Below are positions 1 to 8,853 of a DNA stretch of 64,000 nt, in pieces (position 1 is the first letter of the stretch; each line of letters starts with the position of its first letter). The DNA lies in the IMG/VR virus record IMGVR_UViG_3300041411_000074, positions 25,365 to 89,364 of that record. The stretch is one strand, 5' to 3'. Both the position numbers and the translations under genes were made by a program. This stretch comes from a virus. A model generated the notes under the pieces. It worked only from the letters and a program-made list of their open reading frames with translations, ran no database searches and was not told where the DNA came from.

Positions 1-43
1 ATTCGCTTGGATTCAAGCACATGATTAGTTTTGAGAGGCTTCT

Positions 44-172
44 GTGACTAAATTCGAACAAGCTAGGCAAAGAGCACGCGAGTTAGATAAACTCCATCCT
101 GACTTGATTCACATGGTTGGGATTAGGTATCTGATTACTAGAGTGAGGAAATATAGTGAACCAAACAATTGA
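44..172 (+). CDS. Small hypothetical protein (42 aa), paralogue of 1434..1592
   Basis: Read manually: GTG start, MTKFEQARQRARELDKLHPDLIHMVGIRY...; below the ORF-track length cutoff. Confidence 0.6.
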   Translation: MTKFEQARQRARELDKLHPDLIHMVGIRYLITRVRKYSEPNN

Positions 173-404
173 AGAAAGATTTCAGTCAATAGAAGACCAA
201 CTTAAAGCAATTAGGAAAGAGCTGGAGGAGAGTTTGGCGAGGTATTATACTCCGTATAAGAACAAACACTATCCATTTAACGCGGATCTAGATCCTAGGA
301 CTGCTACAGGATATGGCCTAAGATATCTTGCACAAGAAGCTGGTGTAGACTTTGATCCGCTAGATACTGATGAACAAGTGAGAAATAAATTGGGGAACAA
401 ATAA
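156..404 (+). CDS. Hypothetical 82-aa protein with a baseplate wedge (gpJ/gpI)-like helical motif
   Basis: GAGG RBS. LDPRTATGYGLRYLAQEAGV...DTDEQVR resembles FDPNSATGIALDNLVAYAGI...ETDEQLR of the baseplate J protein at 49538..50977. Confidence 0.55.
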   Translation: MNQTIEERFQSIEDQLKAIRKELEESLARYYTPYKNKHYPFNADLDPRTATGYGLRYLAQEAGVDFDPLDTDEQVRNKLGNK

Positions 405-577
405 TGAAAGCGTATCAAGTAGTATTGGTTGATGGTGATGGGGCAAGTTTTGAAGAGTTCGTAACTCCTAAAGTGTTTATTGACAAGACAAAGGCTGAAG
501 CTTACAAACAGTTCTTTATTGATGAGGATGCTGGTTGGTGGAAAGTTTATGTTAAGGAAGTGAAGTTGGTAGAATGA
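404..577 (+). CDS. Small hypothetical protein (57 aa)
   Basis: Read manually, MKAYQVVLVDGDG...; start and stop overlap both neighbours. Confidence 0.55.
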   Translation: MKAYQVVLVDGDGASFEEFVTPKVFIDKTKAEAYKQFFIDEDAGWWKVYVKEVKLVE

Positions 578-772
578 AACCAATAATCCTTAAAACACCA
601 GAAGGACTATATGTCTGTGAAATCCCTATTGAGAATGAACCAGAAGACGGAGCATCTGATAGAGAGTGGTGGATATGGGCAGCGACTGGAGTAGGGGCAA
701 GTACGGTGGTGTAACCACATCCCTGTAGAGGCTTATGATAGTTGGGTGAAGGATTGGGAGGAGATGGTGTGA
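574..772 (+). pseudogene. Probable frameshifted small gene (or sequencing indel)
   Basis: Frame 574..714 stops early. Removing one G from the G4 run at 694-697 extends it to a TGA at 770-772 that overlaps the next GTG start. Confidence 0.4.
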
Positions 773-1212
773 GCAGCTTTAAAAGAGAAGAACGTTACAT
801 TGTACTAAAGCTAAGTGATCTTACAGATGATGAGTATAATCACATTGAAGATTACCTTGAAAAATGTATGATTGAACGCCGAGAGTGTGTTGTGGTAGAA
901 TCTGACTGGCCTATTTACGACGAGGTCTGGAAAATGATTGAGAAGATTGAAAATGAAGAGAGAAAAGTTTTGATGGGCGAGGTATCAGTGGAAGACCAAG
1001 CAGTATCATCATTTGCAGAGTTTGATATCATGAATCAATGTGATCCTGAAATTTTCACTGCTAAAGATTGGGAAGAATCTGTTCAAAAAGGTTGGTATAA
1101 TCAGGGTGACGGACGAGCATTGTGGGGGACAAGTACACACTACAACTACGATCATTCTGGATTTAGTAGTCAGCCCGCTAACGCAACACATGTCCATTGG
1201 TTTCCTAAATAA
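769..1212 (+). CDS. Hypothetical protein, apparently a two-domain fusion
   Basis: GGAGG RBS before GTG 769; REERYIVLK...ECVVVESDWP and C-terminal PANATHVHWFPK phage-type motifs. Confidence 0.7.
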   Translation: MSSFKREERYIVLKLSDLTDDEYNHIEDYLEKCMIERRECVVVESDWPIYDEVWKMIEKIENEERKVLMGEVSVEDQAVSSFAEFDIMNQCDPEIFTAKDWEESVQKGWYNQGDGRALWGTSTHYNYDHSGFSSQPANATHVHWFPK

Positions 1213-1227
1213 AACTTGGTGTTTAAA

Positions 1228-1437
1228 ATGATTAAACCAGAAGACCTAGAAATCAGCACATACCCACCCTATAAAACTGGTGGGCAACATGTAGGACTTA
1301 CTCATAGTGGTGTGTTGATTGTACATATACCCACAGGACTTGGTGTTGTGTCTATTACTGAGAGAAGTCAATATAGAAATAAAGAGAGGGCTTTGACAAT
1401 GTTGGAAATATTGGTTGAATTGGAGGGTACAGAATGA
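1228..1437 (+). CDS. Stand-alone GGQ peptidyl-tRNA hydrolase (class I release factor domain 3-like) protein
   Basis: DLEIST...GGQHVG...V.I.HIPTG......ERSQYRNKERA matches the RF-1/ArfB GGQ domain. Confidence 0.85.
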   Translation: MIKPEDLEISTYPPYKTGGQHVGLTHSGVLIVHIPTGLGVVSITERSQYRNKERALTMLEILVELEGTE

Positions 1438-1592
1438 ATAGGTTTGAGGAAGCTAAAGCAAGAGCTAGAGAGTTAGATAAATTACAGCCTGAATACTCAC
1501 ATGCTGTCGGTATAAACTACGATATTGTCAGGTGGAGAAACCACAAAGATGAAAAAGAGGAGACTTATGGCACGACTAGCAAAGAAGACTGA
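1434..1592 (+). CDS. Small hypothetical protein (52 aa), paralogue of 44..172
   Basis: MNRFEEAKARARELDKLQPEYSHAVGINY...; GGAGG RBS, ATGA overlap. Confidence 0.6.
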   Translation: MNRFEEAKARARELDKLQPEYSHAVGINYDIVRWRNHKDEKEETYGTTSKED

Positions 1593-2100
1593 CAATGAGA
1601 TTGTAGCTGAGTGGCTTATTGAGCATCGTTGGAAAGAAACACTAAACTCTGATACTAAGCAAAAGATGCCAGCCTTCGTGGAGGAGGCTGTGTGGGCTGC
1701 TGTCTATATTGTAGCTGGTACACACAACGGTAAAGTTAATATCAGTCCAAAGCTTGTATTCAAGTGCCTCATGCTTGATCCAATTACTTCTGAATCTGTT
1801 AAGACAAGAGAGGTGGGATATGCCATGGGAGATAGTACAGCAAGGCGACTGGCACAAACAGCTAGGTTTGCACTCAAAGGGATTCAAGGTCGAATAGAGG
1901 CATACCAACAACAAATACCAGAAGAGGTTTTGAGGGTTAAAGAAATGGAACGTAAGTTTGTGATTGCTTATTACACAGGGTTTGATAGTCCACTTTATTC
2001 TGAACCACTGCCTCCTATACCTAGTGAGATTATGCAGCTTAGATCAGAGGGTAAGTATCTAGAATATGGTGAAGCTGTAAGGGAGTTCCGAAGTAAGTAA
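1567..2100 (+). CDS. Hypothetical protein
   Basis: GAGGAG RBS before ATG 1567 within the 191-aa ORF. Confidence 0.75.
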   Translation: MARLAKKTDNEIVAEWLIEHRWKETLNSDTKQKMPAFVEEAVWAAVYIVAGTHNGKVNISPKLVFKCLMLDPITSESVKTREVGYAMGDSTARRLAQTARFALKGIQGRIEAYQQQIPEEVLRVKEMERKFVIAYYTGFDSPLYSEPLPPIPSEIMQLRSEGKYLEYGEAVREFRSK

Positions 2101-2136
2101 TTACGCTCGGAGTATAGTAGAGATAATTTAAGTTGA

Positions 2137-3135
2137 GTGTGTATGGCTAACTGGGAAGATTTATTAGGTGGTGAAGAAATACAGTTTGACGGATTTGAAG
2201 GTACAAGTTATGGAGATTTAACTGTCCTTGGGTGGAATGGTAAATATGGCAATGATAAGAAATATATTGTATCTTGTTCTGTATGTAGACAAGATCCTGA
2301 ACTGCACGGATCGGGGTTATTCGCTATGAGTAAGGGACACCTCAATAGAGGTTGTATCCCTTGTGGTTGTGCAGAAAAGCCTAACTGGACAGAGGACCAA
2401 TATAAGGTAAGAGTAAGTAGAGCTTGCATAGAAAGGGGTTTAATCTTCAGAGGTTGGCACGGGGAATATACTACTGCAAACAAAACCAAAGTTAGAGCAG
2501 AGTGTCCAGATCACGGCGATTTCTGGTCTATGACAATTAGTTTCTTTCTTATAAAAGATGGTTACAAAGGTTGTGCTGGATGCTTTGCTTTAAGGATGGG
2601 AGATTATAAAAGAAAAGATGACTCTGTAATGATTAAAATGTTTATGGACACTGGATGTTATGCTGATGGTACAGTATTTACCAGAAGTGAAAGAGTTGAT
2701 AAACACGGACATAAGAAATACTGGTACATGGATTGTCCTGACTGTGGTGAATCAGGTGAAGGACATTTAGTGGGTTTGTATAAGGGTGCTAGGTCTTGTG
2801 CTTGTAGTGGTAATAGACAACAAGAAACCTATATCAATCTTCTAATGGATAAAGAAGATGTAATTGCTATTAAGTTTGGCATTGCAAATCTATCAACTGA
2901 AAGGATTAAACGACAGAATCAGCTATCAATTTATGATGTTGTAAATTATGGTGTCTGGACTTATCCAACAGTTAAAGACTGTAGAGATGCTGAAAGGTAT
3001 TGTCTGAATAACCTAACTACAAAGGTAATCACTAAAGAGGAAATGCCCGATGGGTATACTGAGACTACCTTCCCCTCAAATTTAGAACCTGTGATTCACA
3101 TCTTTGAGGAATATGGTGGTGTGAGAAATATCTAA
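2137..3135 (+). CDS. Putative homing endonuclease (multiple Zn ribbons plus a C-terminal GIY-YIG/T5orf172-like domain)
   Basis: Several CxxC/CxC/CxxHG motifs, then YINL...IAIKFGIA...R..Q...AE; paralogue of 45634..46623. Confidence 0.7.
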   Translation: MCMANWEDLLGGEEIQFDGFEGTSYGDLTVLGWNGKYGNDKKYIVSCSVCRQDPELHGSGLFAMSKGHLNRGCIPCGCAEKPNWTEDQYKVRVSRACIERGLIFRGWHGEYTTANKTKVRAECPDHGDFWSMTISFFLIKDGYKGCAGCFALRMGDYKRKDDSVMIKMFMDTGCYADGTVFTRSERVDKHGHKKYWYMDCPDCGESGEGHLVGLYKGARSCACSGNRQQETYINLLMDKEDVIAIKFGIANLSTERIKRQNQLSIYDVVNYGVWTYPTVKDCRDAERYCLNNLTTKVITKEEMPDGYTETTFPSNLEPVIHIFEEYGGVRNI

Positions 3136-3152
3136 TCCCCTGTTAAAATTAG

Positions 3153-3179
3153 AAGCCCTCCTTGTGAGGGTTTTCTTTT
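3153..3179 (+). terminator. Rho-independent terminator
   Basis: aagccctc-cttgt-gagggttt followed by a T-rich tail, after the + gene block. Confidence 0.8.
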
Positions 3180-3803
3180 GCGTGTCTAGAAAATATGTGA
3201 AAGGTCTATAAGCATTGAAAACACTGGCGCGGTATCAGATTAGCTTAACGCCTTAAGGATTCACCCAATACGAATCATTCTTAAATAATAAAATATCACA
3301 ACAATAATCGTGCCAACTAACTCGCCAGTCATCTGATCAATACCTCTAAAGATATTACCCTTGACATAAACTCTGACAGGTGGATGTAACAAGATAGCTT
3401 GCTTGGGGTGCATATATTTTAACGTTATGTTCAATGGAGCAACTACTCTAAACACCCTAGCACTCATACTGACCAACGTATGTCAACCATAATAATCCAC
3501 TCTGCACAACTAGCACACTTCACTAGCTTAAGTCAATGTATTGTGCAGTTTGTGTGAAGGATTGGCTGAGAGATGGTGGTTAATGTATGTGGAATGGAAT
3601 CGTTACAGGGGAAAGTTGGAGGGATTCGACTACAGGCTTAACATCAGAGATGTCTCGCCCATCCCTTGACAGAGTATTATTAGCCACTTATCACTAACTG
3701 AGAGTACATGTGTACACTAGAATCGATAAGGCTTAGAAGGGATTTTACAGGCTAGAGATTTGAAGGGGTATTGTAAGAGGGTGTGCACTGACTATAAACA
3801 ACT

Positions 3804-3824
3804 ACGTCCCACATTGTGGGACGT
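3804..3824 (-). terminator. Perfect 10-bp inverted repeat, probable terminator of the leftward block
   Basis: acgtcccaca-t-tgtgggacgt just downstream of the last leftward ORF. Confidence 0.55.
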
Positions 3825-3850
3825 TATAATAACCTGCTAGAATGTTTTAC

Positions 3851-4105
3851 TTAACCTAACAACTCAGCTAGAAGGTCATCGTCAAGAATGTCGTCAATTG
3901 TCTGATAAGGAGTGTCATCTAACATCAGCGTAGCTGTCTTTTTATCAATACCAACCTTTGCATAGCTCTTATCACCAGCCTTAATAGCTTCAAGGTGACG
4001 TTTAAGGTTCTTAATCTCTGAGGCTGTTGACATAGGAGAAGCTTGGGTGTTAAAGAACTTACTACCAGTGCAGTCTGTAATGTAGATGCTATGCCAACCA
4101 TTCAT
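3851..4105 (-). CDS. Hypothetical protein
   Basis: AGGA RBS and own promoter; acidic C-terminus. Confidence 0.7.
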   Translation of the reverse strand: MNGWHSIYITDCTGSKFFNTQASPMSTASEIKNLKRHLEAIKAGDKSYAKVGIDKKTATLMLDDTPYQTIDDILDDDLLAELLG

Positions 4106-4142
4106 GATCTTCTTCCTAAATGGTGTTTCGTTCTGATGTCTC

Positions 4143-4171
4143 ATTGTAAGAGAATTCATCTACCCTGTAAA
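4143..4171 (-). promoter_or_regulatory. sigma70-type promoter
   Basis: TTTACA-17-TACAAT with upstream AAATAAAGC. Confidence 0.8.
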
Positions 4172-4187
4172 GCTTTATTTAAAAGAA

Positions 4188-4574
4188 TTACTCAATTAGT
4201 AAACCATACCTTTTCAAAAGTAGTCGCCTAGCAGCCTGCACAGCTTCATTGTCAGGGTGCCCTTCTGCTGTTCTAATCAACTTCTCTTTTCGAGTTAGTA
4301 AGCTATCAGGATGTATTACACTTCCATTTTCTATGGCTTCTCTGTATAAGTCCTCTGCAATAGCTACTTTAGCTTGTAGCTCTATTGTAGTATTGTTCCA
4401 CCATCTCTGATATGTCTTTGTTTGTGGTGCTGATCTAAGCCCTGCATGTATATGACTCAAAACATCATATTTTGTAGGGTAGCCGTTAGCTATTGACCAT
4501 TGAGTAAGATTCTGAACAGGGATTGACATATTTCTAGAAAGCTTCTGGCTGATGTAGATAGTAGAAGTAACCAT
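4188..4574 (-). CDS. Hypothetical protein
   Basis: 128-aa ORF in the operon. Confidence 0.65.
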   Translation of the reverse strand: MVTSTIYISQKLSRNMSIPVQNLTQWSIANGYPTKYDVLSHIHAGLRSAPQTKTYQRWWNNTTIELQAKVAIAEDLYREAIENGSVIHPDSLLTRKEKLIRTAEGHPDNEAVQAARRLLLKRYGLLIE

Positions 4575-4755
4575 TTTTGTTACCTAGCCTGTTCCATTCT
4601 TTAACCAGCGTATCAGCTTTTACTAAGCTCAAACCAACATATTCTCCATCCGTTTCAACAAACCAACCTCTGTCTGACATTTGACCATTGCGAAACTTTT
4701 GTTCAACAATGGCACCAGTATTCTTGCTGTATGTCCAGTAAGTGAAGATTCGCAT
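4534..4755 (-). CDS. Hypothetical protein
   Basis: Start overlaps the upstream stop. Confidence 0.65.
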   Translation of the reverse strand: MRIFTYWTYSKNTGAIVEQKFRNGQMSDRGWFVETDGEYVGLSLVKADTLVKEWNRLGNKNGYFYYLHQPEAF

Positions 4756-4955
4756 TAGTAAATCTCCCCACAGAAAGCGATGAATTCAGCTTCAGTGATC
4801 TTAGTTTCAAGGGCATTCAGGACAGCATCAAACACTTGACTAGGAAGCTTTGGAGTCTTAGCATCTTCAATGAGAACACGTTTCATCTCTTCAACTGGCA
4901 ACTGAGTTGCTGTTTGGATCATTTTGTTGAACAGAGCTTTTTGTGTAGTGTTCAT
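4755..4955 (-). CDS. Hypothetical protein
   Basis: RBS plus a promoter directly upstream. Confidence 0.7.
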   Translation of the reverse strand: MNTTQKALFNKMIQTATQLPVEEMKRVLIEDAKTPKLPSQVFDAVLNALETKITEAEFIAFCGEIY

Positions 4956-4996
4956 GGTCTGTCTTCCTATGCTTGGTTGTTTGTTTCAGTGGGTAC

Positions 4997-5025
4997 ATTA
5001 TCTCTATTTCTGTCCGTAGCTGCAA
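4997..5025 (-). promoter_or_regulatory. sigma70-type promoter
   Basis: TTGCAG-17-GATAAT with upstream AAATAAAGC. Confidence 0.7.
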
Positions 5026-5122
5026 GCTTTATTTTCATATATTTCAAAAGAATTTATAGCTGCTTTTCTATCAGGCACAATCCCTGTTTGTCTCGTGTCT
5101 TTGCTTACTCACCATGGAGATT

Positions 5123-5160
5123 ATTCTACAGGCAAACAAAAGCCAGCACAATAGGCTGGC
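5123..5160 (-). promoter_or_regulatory. Terminator hairpin overlapping a sigma70 promoter
   Basis: gccagc-ctattgt-gctggc-TTTTGTTT hairpin carrying TTGTGC, 17 bp from TAGAAT. Confidence 0.65.
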
Positions 5161-5460
5161 ATAGGATTGTTTAATTCATCCTCACAAAGCCTCAAACCTA
5201 ACAGGCGTGTACTCTGCATAATCTCCTGACATCATAATAAACTGCTCATACATCTCAGAACGTTCTACATGGAGCTATTTTACCATTGTTTCAAGACAGA
5301 ACGAACACTGGACACGTCATCAATAAGGGAATGCAGCTTCTCAACAGCTTCCCACTCAGAGAAAGCACAAACAAGAATCCACAAGTGACCTTTACAGTAG
5401 TTGGTGTCATAATTCATGATATACAAGACTTGTGCTCCTCTGTTGATTTGCTTCAGTAAG

Positions 5461-6114
5461 TTAATAATAGATTAATTCATTAGAGCGGTCAACAACTGTT
5501 TCATCTATTTTTGAGTAGTTTTCATATCGTTCAATCAGAGCTTTTGCTACACGTTTATCTGATTGGCTGTCTGCCAATACGTGTGCTTGATCCAGCTTGA
5601 AAGCCAACCATACTTTGTGTGCCGTATCGGGAGAATCAAACCACCCTAGATTGGTCTGTTTGCCCGTTGTCACTGAGACACACTGAGCCCTATACCTGCT
5701 GGCCTTTTTGTCCCAAGAGACACCTGTAGGCAGTTCTTGCGTGTTGTTAGATCTTTCTAATATAAATAAATTTATTCTCTGTTCAATAAATAAGCATGTC
5801 TCAGGGCTATAAACTTTATTGTCTTTAACTAACAAGTCTTTATCTAGCTGCTTCCCTTGCCAATCCTGTTCTTCCATCCAAGCTTTGAATTTCGAGAAAT
5901 AGAGCCATTCATCACAAACCGAACAGTCTGCATATGTACTGAAGCTAGAGTGGTAAACTTCGGAGTAAGCCCTTTTTAACATGGCACGCCATCTTTCATA
6001 AAATGGGCAGAACCAAGTTTGGAATTGTTTTCCATCAACCATTTTGTTTTGTGTTAAAGAATAGTCCGCATCATTAATACCAACACCGCACACTAGTTTG
6101 TTTCTTTTACGCAT
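5461..6114 (-). CDS. HNH-like/AP2 putative homing endonuclease (GVGINDADY...LDKD family)
   Basis: CPFY.RW..ML.R, LDKD.L..NK.YSPETC and an AP2-like P.GV.W...Y.A...LG.F C-terminus. Confidence 0.7.
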   Translation of the reverse strand: MRKRNKLVCGVGINDADYSLTQNKMVDGKQFQTWFCPFYERWRAMLKRAYSEVYHSSFSTYADCSVCDEWLYFSKFKAWMEEQDWQGKQLDKDLLVKDNKVYSPETCLFIEQRINLFILERSNNTQELPTGVSWDKKASRYRAQCVSVTTGKQTNLGWFDSPDTAHKVWLAFKLDQAHVLADSQSDKRVAKALIERYENYSKIDETVVDRSNELIYY

Positions 6115-6167
6115 TTAATTCTCCAATGATAAAACCCTCCTAATGAGGGTTTAAAGGTTTAGTTTAA

Positions 6168-6416
6168 TCACTTACCCTCACCAACACAATTAATTTCCCA
6201 ATCCACCACTGGTGTTTTACCACCATTCTCATCCATATGCTCTGCTTTGAAAGCTTCCATGTAAGATTGATAAGCTTCTTCCACTTCCATCGACATAATT
6301 GTCTTTCTCTCTTCTTTCATCATCCTGATGCATTCTGGTTTGGAGAGATTGTCCGCTACTACATATTCTTCTGTGGACATAGCTGATGTGAAAGCGATTA
6401 CTAGGAGCATGGACAT
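6168..6416 (-). CDS. Hypothetical protein
   Basis: RBS and own promoter. Confidence 0.65.
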   Translation of the reverse strand: MSMLLVIAFTSAMSTEEYVVADNLSKPECIRMMKEERKTIMSMEVEEAYQSYMEAFKAEHMDENGGKTPVVDWEINCVGEGK

Positions 6417-6449
6417 GATGTTGTTTCCTATGTCGGTTAGGTATGGCTT

Positions 6450-6478
6450 ATTATGAATCTATCTGTTCACCTTGTAAA
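6450..6478 (-). promoter_or_regulatory. sigma70-type promoter
   Basis: TTTACA-17-CATAAT with upstream AAATAAAGC. Confidence 0.75.
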
Positions 6479-6488
6479 GCTTTATTTA

Positions 6489-6695
6489 TCAGACACCAGC
6501 ATAATAAACACTAGCATGTGCAGCGGCCCTGTAAGACATAGCGGACTGTACAGCGGCTTGAGCAGCACAAACATAACCCATTGCTTTGTCTTCACGAGCC
6601 AATTTCATCATTTCCCGAGCTTGTTTCATGTACTTCTGAAACTCAGTCTGTTGTTTGTAGCCGAACAGTTTAGCGACAGTTTTAATGAAGTTCAT
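6489..6695 (-). CDS. Hypothetical protein
   Basis: Ala-rich 68-aa ORF after a promoter. Confidence 0.65.
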   Translation of the reverse strand: MNFIKTVAKLFGYKQQTEFQKYMKQAREMMKLAREDKAMGYVCAAQAAVQSAMSYRAAAHASVYYAGV

Positions 6696-6744
6696 GTTTA
6701 GTAGTCTCTATCTGGTGAGAAGCTTTTGCTTCCCTCTTGAGATA

Positions 6745-6772
6745 ATTCTACCCTATCCACCACACCAGTCAA
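6745..6772 (-). promoter_or_regulatory. sigma70-type promoter
   Basis: TTGACT-16-TAGAAT, AT-rich UP element, leader hairpin GAAGC-AAAA-GCTTC. Confidence 0.75.
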
Positions 6773-6807
6773 CAATTATTTTAATCTTTATTCATTGAAA
6801 GATCCTA

Positions 6808-7155
6808 TCAATCCTGCCCAACATTACTGTAATAACCACCCCCACCACCATTCCCTATTCTTTTGCTCCAAATGTCGTCAGATGTGTATTCAGAGAGAGT
6901 GTTTTCGATGTTATCCCATGAGCTGAAGACATTGTTCAACTTATAGAGTTTGTCAGTCTTCCTATTGAGTTTGTAATGATTGACTGCCTCTTTAGTGGTA
7001 TATGGTCCATTCGAATCAAAACCATGCGAGGCAGCCTGATTATGCACAAACCAAACAGTATTGTCCTCTACATATGTACAGTGAAGAACAATTGATTCAT
7101 AATAGTCGGCTTGGAGCTTGTATTTGGTGCCTTCGAGATAGGTCATTACATCCAA
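6808..7155 (-). CDS. Hypothetical protein
   Basis: 115-aa ORF. Confidence 0.6.
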   Translation of the reverse strand: MDVMTYLEGTKYKLQADYYESIVLHCTYVEDNTVWFVHNQAASHGFDSNGPYTTKEAVNHYKLNRKTDKLYKLNNVFSSWDNIENTLSEYTSDDIWSKRIGNGGGGGYYSNVGQD

Positions 7156-7454
7156 CCCTTCACTATGCCATATATAATTATGATTAAAAGGGTTATCGAT
7201 ATTAACAGGACAGATCCTGACAACACAAGTAACCCTAGATTATTGCTCACTATCGAGCTCATAGGCATTAGCCCTCCATCACATCGTCAGTGTTAAGGGC
7301 TTTCTTGACTTCGTCAAGAGTCCAGTCAGAAGGAAATTCAACCTTCTCAGAAGAGCCATCTACGTAGAAGGCGAAGTAAGTGTTGTAAGATTGAATGGTG
7401 GTCATGGTGTAGCTCCAAGCTTGTGAGATGCTTTATTGCGTCTCTGTGTGGTTG

Positions 7455-7483
7455 ATTCTACAGATAGTTAAAACCCTCGTCAA
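7455..7483 (-). promoter_or_regulatory. sigma70-type promoter
   Basis: TTGACG-17-TAGAAT. Confidence 0.8.
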
Positions 7484-8853
7484 GCATCTCATGAAAGAAA
7501 TTTCAGGCTATTTGGCATAAGCCTCATAAAGATAATTAGCAACCTCATATGTAAACACACGAACGTTGCCATTCAGAATCCAACGCTCGCTACCAATAAC
7601 CCTTCCACTTCGTTGGTAACAGACAATACCATGAGTACGCCCTACATCGTTTCCGATTATGTATGAGTCTTCCTCAAGAGAGTTGATTACCTTTTCAAAC
7701 TCTTGACGTGTACATTCTTTCATTTTCATGACACATTCAGTCCTATTTGTCTAAGAAGAAAGCTGGCATAGCACTCGTTTTGATACTGAGTGTGTGTCTT
7801 ATCTGTGAGGATCTTTAGTAGAGTGTCTTTAAGTTCAAGTACTTCATTAAAAGGAACCATGACCATTGGCTTACCTTGAACACACAGTTTAGGAAGCTCA
7901 CCACAAACTGTTGAGTAGGCGTTCAAATGGTTCATACTTCTTGCTCCCAATTCCTCTTAAGACTGCGCTGACTACTATAGCCTCGCTTCTTGTCCTTACC
8001 ACCTGTGTCATAGTGGTCTGCACACTTGCTCTTAGAAGAACGCGCCCCTCGGGCACTCTCGCGTTCATATTTCTGGAATGTTTCTGTGTAGGTGTTCATT
8101 TAGTTTGTTCCTCAATGCGTTTAAGAGCTTCCTGACAATCTTTAACTGTCAGTGTCCAAGTATCCGCACTAAGAAGTACGTCTTCCTTGATACCATCAAT
8201 TCGTACCCATAAGCACTCACCTTCATAGCCACGAACGTAGAGTTCGGCCTTGTGTTTCTTAAGTACCTTCTGTAAATCTTTAATGAGGCTGGTAGCCTGT
8301 ACATTACTCATTTTAATTTCTCTTCAAAAATTTCAGTCAAATAAACTTCAATGGCTTCCTTCAAACATCCCTTGAAGTTGTTCCACAAAGGTGCATCCAC
8401 TTGCTGATACTCTTGGATCTTATCTAACAACTTCCATGAAGCTTCATTTAGTACATCAGAGCCTAAATCAATATTAATACTCATCACTCACCCCTTTAGA
8501 ATTCACTTCCACATTAGACAAAGAAACATGCCAGACTGATTCTTCACGCCAAACTTTGAATGATGTGTGACCTTGTGCTACTAGGTTTTCTACGGTGATC
8601 ATAGCGGCGCTTAGGGTGATATGGGAAGTTTTCATTTCTTAATCCTCTGTGTCGACAGACCAGATTGTACCATTAGGGAAGTCATTGTGGAAGAACTGGC
8701 GAGCATTTAGGTCACTCGATGCTGTGTAAATAACTTTATTCAAAGTGTGCACAGTGGCATCAAAGTCCCAGCCTAGTTCATGGTAGTAAATGTAGTAGTT
8801 GTCCATGTTACACCTCACTCAAAGTCTTAATGTATCGTTTGGTTGCTTGTTTT

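Noticed and set aside
1228-1437. Release-factor gene as a sign of stop-codon reassignment
   Set aside because: Core genes are intact in the standard code and end in TAA, TGA and TAG; the protein lacks codon-recognition domains
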